Origin: a virus
IMG/VR virus record: IMGVR_UViG_3300002042_000005
Coordinates: 1-55,494 of that record
Direction: 5' to 3' (one strand)
DNA: 55,494 nucleotides
A model generated the notes under the pieces. That model saw only the letters and a program-made list of their open reading frames with translations, was not told the DNA's origin and made no database searches. Shown piece by piece: positions 36,724 through 42,983 of the stretch (the stretch's first letter is position 1; every line of letters begins with the position of its first letter). Both the position numbers and the translations under genes were made by a program.

Positions 36724-37230
36724 TCAGTAAGACCACATCCGACGTTGCCCACCCCGCAGGTAGTCGCATAGATCGGTGTGGAAGAATCGCCCAGGGGCTG
36801 CCCCGGACTGGTTGATGCCTACCCCAAGGAACGGGCCAGGCAAGTTTTCGAAGATCTCCCAGGCGCGGTTGAAGCTCGCGCCCTGGTCGGAGGCTTCCCC
36901 GGTAGTGTGGGGACCGTTGGGCCCAGTGGAGCTAACTTTCTGGTTGTACTCCGGGCAACGCCAGCCGCTGTTGATGTTGAGCGGGAAGCCGCAGTGATCG
37001 CGGAAGGCGTTTAAACAATAGATGTATCGGTAGGTCATCTGCTCTTTGCCGCAGCACGAGCAGAAAAATTCTTCACGACTGAAGTACTCGAAGTCACCCC
37101 ACTCGGCCGGCGCAATCAGCCGACGCTCAAGCATCACGCTGGCAGGGATCTCTAGGCCTGAGCTAAACGCCTGGATTTCGCCAGGCACAGTTGATTCGCC
37201 CGATCTTAGGGGGGCTGATGCGGTTGTCAT
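36724..37230 (-). CDS. Endolysin, peptidase M15 (zinc D-Ala-D-Ala carboxypeptidase-like) family
   Basis: 168 aa. Motifs SGWRCPEYN, HTTGEASD (H-x6-D) and FFHTD. It is the first gene after the late regulator and tRNA. Confidence 0.75.
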   Translation of the reverse strand: MTTASAPLRSGESTVPGEIQAFSSGLEIPASVMLERRLIAPAEWGDFEYFSREEFFCSCCGKEQMTYRYIYCLNAFRDHCGFPLNINSGWRCPEYNQKVSSTGPNGPHTTGEASDQGASFNRAWEIFENLPGPFLGVGINQSGAAPGRFFHTDLCDYLRGGQRRMWSY

Positions 37231-37342
37231 GGGTGCACTCGAGTAGATGGCCAGGAGCGGGGATCTTCACCCCTACATGGGTCCGATAAACCAATAAGCC
37301 TTGCGCCGGGGGATCCCCCAAACGTGGGCACTCCCGTCTGAC

Positions 37343-37418
37343 TGGTAGCGCTGAACGGACTCGAACCGCCGACCTTCGGGTTATGAACCCGACGAGCTAC
37401 CAACTGCTCTACAGCGCA
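37343..37418 (-). tRNA. tRNA-Met (anticodon CAT), initiator-type
   Basis: 76-nt cloverleaf folded by hand: TGCGCTG TA GAGC AGTTGGTA GCTC G TCGGG TTCATAA CCCGA AGGTC GGCGG TTCGAGT CCGTT CAGCGCT A CCA. It has three G:C pairs closing the anticodon stem, A11:T24 and a 1:72 mismatch. The D-arm through variable region is close to E. coli tRNA-fMet. Confidence 0.9.
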
Positions 37419-37437
37419 CTAGGGAAATTTTGGGCAC

Positions 37438-37458
37438 AAAAAAACCCGCCGGAGCGGG
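37438..37458 (-). terminator. Rho-independent terminator between the late regulator and the tRNA
   Basis: The minus strand reads CCCGC TCCG GCGGG followed by TTTTTTT. Confidence 0.65.
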
Positions 37459-37568
37459 CTCTTAAGCAGAAGCGTTGTCTAAGCGCTTCGGTTTCTCAGG
37501 ATTTAACAAGTCGCTACTTGTCGGATGGGGAAGTTACAGGGGTCTCATCTAAGATGGCAAGTCTTTTT

Positions 37569-38126
37569 TCACCACCGGTTTTTATCTTTGGTGTTCAGCT
37601 GAAGCTTGCCCGCCTCCCAGAACGTCAAGCAGCTTTGGATATAAACCAGCGCCGCTTCCCATTTTTTCTCTACCGTTGGCACGCTGCAGCCCATCCGCTT
37701 CGCCACGTCAGCCAGCGTCATGGGTGTGGCCCACAGCTCCGCCACCAGGTACGGATCTGGACCAAACTCGTGCTCTTTGAGCTCTAGCATGATGCGCTTC
37801 ATCACCGCCTGGACTTCCGTCAGTTGAACATAGGTGGCCGGCTCACTGCCGGCCGTCTGGCGGGTTTCGTTACCGCCTACCGTTTTCTCAACAGGCAAGC
37901 CTGTGTCGTACTGCAGCTCCTGGTCGTAATAGGTCCGACCTACCTCGCTGCGCTCCAGGAACTTTTCCTTGGCAGCCATCATCGGCGGCAGATTGGTTTC
38001 GGCCGCGCCTTTCTTCCAGTCCAGCAGCAACCACTTCACCGTCTGCCGGTAATCGCTTTGCCGTTGCGCCTTCGCTTTGATGCGCGCGTCACGTTCTTCC
38101 GCTGGGCTCGAATCCGAATTACTCAC
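37569..38126 (-). CDS. Putative late-gene transcription regulator (Q position) with a sigma-70 region-4-like HTH
   Basis: 185 aa. The C-terminus MTLADVAKRMGCSVPTVEKKWEAALVYI is HTH-like. It is the last gene before the terminator, tRNA and lysis genes. Confidence 0.45.
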   Translation of the reverse strand: MSNSDSSPAEERDARIKAKAQRQSDYRQTVKWLLLDWKKGAAETNLPPMMAAKEKFLERSEVGRTYYDQELQYDTGLPVEKTVGGNETRQTAGSEPATYVQLTEVQAVMKRIMLELKEHEFGPDPYLVAELWATPMTLADVAKRMGCSVPTVEKKWEAALVYIQSCLTFWEAGKLQLNTKDKNRW

Positions 38127-38128
38127 GC

Positions 38129-38716
38129 CTAACCCTCACTGAAAAAATCAAAACCCAGTCGTTTGCATTGCGCGATCACCCACGCATCGAACGCCTGGCC
38201 ATCACCCGACATATACAAACTGATGCCTTCCAGCGCTTCGTCGGCGCCGTAGCCAAAAAAATACGCGTTGCCTTCCGCCAGCAACTTGAGGCGCCAGGCC
38301 TTTTGCTCCGCGCTAATCTCCGATCGACCTGGCGGGCGGCGTTTCATTTCGATGTACAGCGCGTGATACCCACACCGGGCCATCGGTAGCGCGAGATCCG
38401 CAACACCTGCATCGGCACCTTCCGCCTTGAGTTTTGACGCCACCGACCAATGACGGTGCCCGCCGTTGGGTACCGCGTAGATCATCTCGCGCACCCTGGG
38501 AAATTTGTACGTCAGCAATCCGAGCAGCGTTACTTGCTCTTCGTGCTCCGTTGCAACGTTGGGTTGTGGTTTTTTTTTCCTGGCTTTCGGCTGTGCCTCG
38601 ATCGGCTGGCCTTTCAGGTGCGCCCGGTATTGTTCAAGCGTCGCGGTACCAAAGGCATTGTGTTTCGGCTGATTGGTTAGCCGGCGCAACTCCGCCTGCG
38701 TGATCGTGTTGCCCAA
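38129..38716 (-). CDS. VRR-NUC family nuclease
   Basis: 195 aa with PD-(D/E)xK elements EHEEQVTLLGLL, GVADLAL and YIEMK. Confidence 0.7.
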   Translation of the reverse strand: MGNTITQAELRRLTNQPKHNAFGTATLEQYRAHLKGQPIEAQPKARKKKPQPNVATEHEEQVTLLGLLTYKFPRVREMIYAVPNGGHRHWSVASKLKAEGADAGVADLALPMARCGYHALYIEMKRRPPGRSEISAEQKAWRLKLLAEGNAYFFGYGADEALEGISLYMSGDGQAFDAWVIAQCKRLGFDFFSEG

Positions 38717-38719
38717 GGG

Positions 38720-39004
38720 TTACGGATCCTCAATGCTTACAGGTTCCACCTGGTCAGTCAGCGTCGGCACTTTGCCATCAATCAAACCCGCCACCGCACC
38801 GCGGCCGGCTTCCGTCGCATCCTTAATCATTTCAGTGATTGAGCCATCCGGATCTGTGCGCAACAAGTGCAGCAACGTCATGGTGTACACCCGATCGAAG
38901 CGTTTCTCGCAATCGCGTCTAAGTGTATCTTCGCGAACACGCTGCAGTTTTGCGCGCATGTATCGACCCGCTAACCCCTCCGGCCCGTTGGCGACACTAA
39001 CCAT
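38720..39004 (-). CDS. Hypothetical protein
   Basis: 94-aa ORF in the nin-like region. Confidence 0.45.
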   Translation of the reverse strand: MVSVANGPEGLAGRYMRAKLQRVREDTLRRDCEKRFDRVYTMTLLHLLRTDPDGSITEMIKDATEAGRGAVAGLIDGKVPTLTDQVEPVSIEDP

Positions 39005-39007
39005 GAC

Positions 39008-39340
39008 TTACTTCGTCCGCCAGCAGCGCACTTCGCCGTTTTGCACCACGCACAAATGTTTTTGTTCTCGCAGATCGTTTCGGTTGCGGTACCCGTTCGC
39101 GGCGTTTCGAACTTTGATGCGAGTGTCTTCTAGCGCCGCCGCTCTTAACGCATCGATCTCTCGCGCGTCTGCTTCGTTCTCTTCGTCAAGGTGCCCTGGG
39201 TATTCAAAAACCACATCCACTTTGAACGACTGGCCCACCTCCATGGTGTCAAACGGCATGGCGGCAAACACTCGATTCGACGCGCCCCCGGACGGTAGCG
39301 GCACGTCACTTTCCAGCTCGCCAATTTGTATAGAGTTCAT
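39008..39340 (-). CDS. Hypothetical protein
   Basis: 110-aa ORF in the nin-like region. Confidence 0.45.
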   Translation of the reverse strand: MNSIQIGELESDVPLPSGGASNRVFAAMPFDTMEVGQSFKVDVVFEYPGHLDEENEADAREIDALRAAALEDTRIKVRNAANGYRNRNDLREQKHLCVVQNGEVRCWRTK

Positions 39341-39357
39341 AGTTTCCCTCCGGAAAG

Positions 39358-39681
39358 TTATCGGTTTTTACGGCGCGCATGTCGTGCCGCTTTATTTCGG
39401 CGGCGATTCGCTTGCCGTGTATTTGCATCGAGTCGATGTCCAAAGCCGAGCAGCTGGCTAATCCACTGCCGTCCTGTCGTTGACAAGGGGTGCTTGTTTG
39501 CCAGCGCCTCGCTTCGCACTTTCGGACCATCACCCCAGCTCGCAATCACAGTGCCGGCATTCAATCCAGACTGATGGTTACGTGCGACGCGCCGCGCTTC
39601 ACTGGCAGTAACATCAACCAGGCGCTCGAGCAGTTTTCGTTTGCCATCGTCGGTGTGCAGTTCAATGCGGTACACGCTCAT
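39358..39681 (-). CDS. Hypothetical protein with a basic C-terminus
   Basis: 107-aa ORF with an RQANRRRNKAARHARRKNR tail. Confidence 0.45.
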   Translation of the reverse strand: MSVYRIELHTDDGKRKLLERLVDVTASEARRVARNHQSGLNAGTVIASWGDGPKVRSEALANKHPLSTTGRQWISQLLGFGHRLDANTRQANRRRNKAARHARRKNR

Positions 39682-40208
39682 AGCGCCAGCCCTTCTGTCA
39701 TTGTGGTTTGATTTTCATCCATTCGTCTTGCGTACTCCGCCAGGCACAACGCGTTAACCAGGCCGGCTTGCGGTGTCGTGCATTTCCCAGGGCGGGTATC
39801 CGCCCAATCAAACCAACGCTTGGCTATGGTTTCTGCTTCGTGCAACGTTTTGTCGCTACCCAGCAGTACGGTTTTCTTCCAGGTGGAGGCGATGACGGTG
39901 TGAATTGTCAGCCCGCGCGATTCCACCATGCCTTCCAGCTGACCAAAGCTGCGCATGACTTTAGATACAGTGGAGACGGGTACCGGGTTGTCCCGCTGGC
40001 CGCAGTGGTCGCAGATCTCGCCCCGCCCTGCGCCAACCATTGACTTTTCGAGCGCCACCACCGGTTTGTATTCATCCAGCAACCGGCCAAGCTCGCGCAA
40101 ATTTAACGTGCCGTCGAAGCGAGGCAAGAACACACACCGATCGCTATTTGTTCCGACCAACGCGTAACCGCCACGGCTGCCTGGGCTAATGCCTAGCGCC
40201 GGCCTCAC
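39678..40208 (-). CDS. RuvC-like protein (Holliday junction resolvase fold) with non-canonical active-site positions
   Basis: GTG start at 40208 overlaps the upstream TGA. The N-terminus ALGISPGSRGGYALV resembles RuvC LGIDPGSRxTGY with Ser where Asp is expected. VVALEK follows, and the C-terminal GLVNALCLAEYA sits where the D-A-x-A-x-A motif is expected. Confidence 0.5.
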   Translation of the reverse strand: MRPALGISPGSRGGYALVGTNSDRCVFLPRFDGTLNLRELGRLLDEYKPVVALEKSMVGAGRGEICDHCGQRDNPVPVSTVSKVMRSFGQLEGMVESRGLTIHTVIASTWKKTVLLGSDKTLHEAETIAKRWFDWADTRPGKCTTPQAGLVNALCLAEYARRMDENQTTMTEGLAL

Positions 40209-40438
40209 AAGAAGCGACCCGCTGCAAGAATGACCACCGTTAACGCAATCAGAACTAACTGTGCGATCGCCGCGACTTGCCAAAGCATCGCTCGCCGTGC
40301 ATACATTTTTGCTCGCGAAACGACGGCATAGTGCATCGCCTCTGTGATGCACATTGTCTCTGGCGGTTTTTTGTCATCAGGAAGAATAAGCACGATCACC
40401 CCCTGAGCCATCGGCCCACACACCCCAACGGCGCTCAA
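40205..40438 (-). CDS. Small tail-anchored membrane protein
   Basis: C-terminal TM WQVAAIAQLVLIALTVVILAAG. The start is ambiguous (40438, 40411 or 40354). Confidence 0.45.
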   Translation of the reverse strand: MSAVGVCGPMAQGVIVLILPDDKKPPETMCITEAMHYAVVSRAKMYARRAMLWQVAAIAQLVLIALTVVILAAGRFL

Positions 40439-40652
40439 ACTCAGCGAGCACCATCTGGCGAAAGTTCTCTACCGCCACCAGGTTTGTTGCGTCTGGCCAT
40501 TGCTCTAGCTTGATCGTGTTGAATAACCCGGCAACATCGAACTCTGTGTGCAGCCCGTCTTCGGAATCGATCAGACTCAAATCACCGTTGTACAGTAGCC
40601 CCTTGCTTATCGTCAGCTGAACCACCGCTTTGGCTTTGTCATAAGCTGACAT
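40377..40652 (-). CDS. Hypothetical protein
   Basis: 91 aa from MSAYDKAK (ATG 40652). The longer ORF to 40793 overlaps the upstream gene. Confidence 0.45.
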   Translation of the reverse strand: MSAYDKAKAVVQLTISKGLLYNGDLSLIDSEDGLHTEFDVAGLFNTIKLEQWPDATNLVAVENFRQMVLAEFERRWGVWADGSGGDRAYSS

Positions 40653-40680
40653 GGGTGGCCGTCTTCGCTGTCTGTGAAAT

Positions 40681-40968
40681 CTACGCATGGGGTTTTTCAG
40701 GGGAGCTAATCGCATCAGGGCGACCAGTGCCGTACTTACGACCAGCACGCTGCGGCCGGTGCCGCGGTCGGGCATCACCTTGAACTGTGTCAATTACGCG
40801 TTGGCAAACCACACACATGTGATGCGTAACATTGTCCAGTGAGTCTAGGTGTCGGTAATTTTCAAGTTTGAGATTGCCTGCGCTGATCGCACCACACGCG
40901 GTATCACCGTGATCCATCAGCAAGTGCGCCCGATTCTTTGTTCTGTTGTTTCGTATTAAGTAACCCAT
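40681..40968 (-). CDS. Hypothetical protein
   Basis: 95-aa ORF with a good SD (AGGAAAAAA before the ATG). It contains HHMCVVC. Confidence 0.5.
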   Translation of the reverse strand: MGYLIRNNRTKNRAHLLMDHGDTACGAISAGNLKLENYRHLDSLDNVTHHMCVVCQRVIDTVQGDARPRHRPQRAGRKYGTGRPDAISSPEKPHA

Positions 40969-41032
40969 TTTTTTCCTGTATTACGTTGTCGCTGTTGTCT
41001 TCCGTTGGACGGGATATCCAGAGCAAAGGCAC

Positions 41033-41073
41033 CACCCCTTACCCCTCCACGTATTTCAGGAAGGTAAGGGGTG
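41033..41073. other. Perfect 11-bp-stem hairpin (CACCCCTTACC / GGTAAGGGGTG, 19-nt loop) in non-coding DNA
   Basis: Arms at 41033-41043 and 41063-41073 are exact reverse complements. No U-tract follows on either strand. Confidence 0.6.
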
Positions 41074-41174
41074 CTTGAGCCTTGAAATCGCGGTATTACC
41101 CGTCGCATTCGGCTTTCATCCCGGAAACCAGATTTACGTGCACTCCAGGTCACACCCCGCACGTCGCAATTCCT

Positions 41175-41203
41175 TTGCGACTTCAAGGGCTTACAGGTAT
41201 AAT
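41175..41203 (+). promoter_or_regulatory. Sigma-70-type promoter (TTGCGA, 17-nt spacer, TATAAT)
   Basis: -35 at 41175-41180, exact 17-nt spacer and a perfect -10 at 41198-41203. Confidence 0.6.
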
Positions 41204-41209
41204 CACAGG

Positions 41210-41277
41210 CCTGCTAGGGAGGTGATTTCCAAGTTGTAACGCCCCTGAACAAAGGCCCCTAACCGGGCCTTTTTTTT
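41210..41277 (+). ncRNA. Candidate ~68-nt small RNA or terminated leader, antisense to the cro-side early transcript (oop-like)
   Basis: Bounded by the strong promoter and an intrinsic terminator (AGGCCC CTAACC GGGCCT plus T8 at 41253-41277). No plausible ORF lies inside it. Confidence 0.5.
41253..41277 (+). terminator. Rho-independent terminator
   Basis: 6-bp GC-rich stem, 6-nt loop and a run of 8 T. The reverse strand has a weaker TTTGTT tail. Confidence 0.7.
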
Positions 41278-41375
41278 GCCTACGTTTTGTGAACCCTCCT
41301 GTCGGTCGTGGGTGTTGGCATCAGGCGCCCAACCGTTCAGGCTGAGACGGACTCAACCCACCAAAGGAACTGGTC

Positions 41376-41600
41376 ATGGCCTTCTTCGATCTAACGGACA
41401 CCGCGTTCGACGTCACGTATGTTGAAAACCACACCCTCACGCGCATAACCCTCGAGCGAGACGCGGATTACCACGAAGCACTAGAGATCCAGATAAAATC
41501 GATAACAAAGATGGACACCACGAAAACGCTAGAAGACGTGCGTAGTGAGGCGATCGCGCGAGCGCTGGAGTTTCTACAGAAGAACAGCGAGGCGGATTAG
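41376..41600 (+). CDS. Hypothetical acidic protein
   Basis: 74-aa ORF with a good SD (AAGGAA 7 nt upstream), convergent with the cro-like gene. Confidence 0.55.
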   Translation: MAFFDLTDTAFDVTYVENHTLTRITLERDADYHEALEIQIKSITKMDTTKTLEDVRSEAIARALEFLQKNSEAD

Positions 41601-41618
41601 TGGCTGGGAATAACCAGG

Positions 41619-41891
41619 TCATCTAGCCTTCGAATCCCGCCCGATCTGGCGAACCTCTACCACGAAGCATTCGCCATCTTCTGGTGTGATGACGTAGCAA
41701 TCGCGCTTCTTCATGAACGACACTGCGCTTTGCGTCCGATCGATATGATCGGCCAATTTCGCCTGCCCTTCGGCTTCGACGTGTTCGGCCAAGGTGGTTA
41801 CACAGCTGTTTGGAAGGCCCAGGAACCGGGCAAGGGCCCGGCATCGCACTTTGGTGCTGGGGGGCTGATCAAGTGGTTGAATCGCATTCAT
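41619..41891 (-). CDS. cro: Cro-like repressor (lambda Cro family)
   Basis: GQAKLADHIDRTQSAVSFMKKRDCYVITPEDGECFVVEVRQI parallels lambda Cro [44 protein letters not shown]. It is divergent from the cI-like gene and carries a 40-aa N-terminal extension. Confidence 0.75.
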   Translation of the reverse strand: MNAIQPLDQPPSTKVRCRALARFLGLPNSCVTTLAEHVEAEGQAKLADHIDRTQSAVSFMKKRDCYVITPEDGECFVVEVRQIGRDSKAR

Positions 41892-42018
41892 GGTGCCGAA
41901 ACATAAATATCATTGTTATTTATATCAAGTATTTTTTCCGATTCGGCCCAATAACGGGATACATGAAGCAGCGCTCTTGATATTTTCTGCATTCAGTTTT
42001 ATTAATAAAACTGTTGGA
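41892..42018. promoter_or_regulatory. Divergent immunity promoter / operator region
   Basis: AT-rich 127 bp. It holds the inverted repeat ATAAATA-N7-TATTTAT (41903-41923) and a perfect 20-bp palindrome CAGTTTTATTAATAAAACTG (41994-42013). TTGATA-N17-TATGTT (minus strand) and TTGATA-N17-TATTAA (plus strand) promoter-like elements overlap them. Confidence 0.6.
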
Positions 42019-42474
42019 ATGGCACTTAATCAGGAAGACATAAGCGTGGGGATGACAGCAGGAAGCGACGAGACTTTTGACGGCAAAGCCGAAGTATCTG
42101 TTGGGCGAGGGCAAACCAAACTCAAGATAATTTGGCAGGCAAAGCGCAAGAAATTGCGCCTTACCCAGGACGCCATCAAAGAGAAATTTGGCTATTCGTC
42201 ACAGGCCGCAGTGAGCCAGGCACTCAATGGCATCACCCCTCTCACGCCTGAAACCGCGCTGCTCTGGGCGGAGATCCTTGAAGTGCCGGTGAGTGATATC
42301 TGGGAGGGAGATCTAGAAGCAATCGCCGGGCTGCTAGACGAAAAGGAACTCTTGCAGCGTATCCTTAAGCTTGATCCGAAGGACCGCTGGAACTTATACA
42401 TGCAGGTTGGGGAATCGTTTCAGTTTTTTGACGAGACTCAACCTCATCCAGAAAACGACACATCTGTTTCTTAG
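42019..42474 (+). CDS. CI-like repressor, XRE-family HTH, with no S24 peptidase domain
   Basis: The HTH is LTQDAIKEKFGYSSQAAVSQALNG. About 152 aa from ATG 42019; the ORF-track N-terminal extension runs through the operator region and is unlikely to be translated. Confidence 0.7.
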   Translation: MALNQEDISVGMTAGSDETFDGKAEVSVGRGQTKLKIIWQAKRKKLRLTQDAIKEKFGYSSQAAVSQALNGITPLTPETALLWAEILEVPVSDIWEGDLEAIAGLLDEKELLQRILKLDPKDRWNLYMQVGESFQFFDETQPHPENDTSVS

Positions 42475-42524
42475 CCAATAACTGATCATTTGGGTTGAGG
42501 CTTTTCAACCAGCGATCAACCCTT

Positions 42525-42983
42525 CTAATCCAAAAATTTACCGTCAACATTTCCACTTTTCCTTGTGTTCGCGCTGACTAGCGCTGCTATCAATACTACA
42601 ACCAATTTGCCAAAAAATAGCCAGTTCATGTTTGCCTTGTAGTTAAACACAGAGAGTAATTCCCAGCTCTGAACAAGGTGAAACCCTAGGCCAGCCAACC
42701 CAAACGCCATCAATGGCATAAAGATCCAGTGCCGCGTCCAGACAAACGAGGCATACGCCATGAACAACAAACCTACACTTGAAAAGGTGTTGTGCATCGG
42801 CGCGAATTGTAAAAATACTGCGACGTAGTTCTTTAGAAACCACTCAACAATAAGTAACCAAGCGGCCCACTCCAAAGCGCGGCTGCGAGCAAGCCATGCG
42901 GCAAACAAGACTCCCAAACAGGCGCACCCAAACGCTTCGGTCATGTACTGACCCCACCACGGATGCCCGGCCGCTGTAGACAT
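42525..42983 (-). CDS. Polytopic inner-membrane protein (4-5 TM)
   Basis: 152 aa with hydrophobic segments FGCACLGVLFAAWLA, WAAWLLIVEWFL, VGLLFMAYASFVW, IFMPLMAFGLAGLGFHLV and LFFGKLVVVLIAALV. Sits in the rex-equivalent locus. Confidence 0.65.
   Translation of the reverse strand: MSTAAGHPWWGQYMTEAFGCACLGVLFAAWLARSRALEWAAWLLIVEWFLKNYVAVFLQFAPMHNTFSSVGLLFMAYASFVWTRHWIFMPLMAFGLAGLGFHLVQSWELLSVFNYKANMNWLFFGKLVVVLIAALVSANTRKSGNVDGKFLD

Noticed and set aside
37308-37319. GGGGGATCCCCC palindrome between the tRNA and the endolysin start; considered as a second tRNA fragment or a terminator.
   Set aside because: No cloverleaf can be drawn around it, no U-tract follows, and it is a short 5-bp-arm palindrome in the endolysin 5' leader. 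It is insufficient for any call.
40956-41186. 76-aa minus-strand ORF in the cro-downstream non-coding region.
   Set aside because: The translation is Arg/Gly-rich and looks like junk. It overlaps the 11-bp hairpin and the sRNA promoter, and it has no RBS.
41033-41277. Possibility that the non-coding region encodes a CsrB/RsmY-like sponge RNA for the phage CsrA.
   Set aside because: I count only about three GGA motifs (AGGAAGG, CCGGAAA, AGGGAGG) over ~250 nt, far fewer than in known sponge RNAs. Not supported.
41971-41980. boxA-like sequence GCGCTCTTGA in the immunity region (resembling lambda nut boxA CGCTCTTA).
   Set aside because: It overlaps the predicted -35 of the cI-side promoter rather than lying downstream of an early promoter, and no adjacent boxB hairpin is present. 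Probably coincidental.
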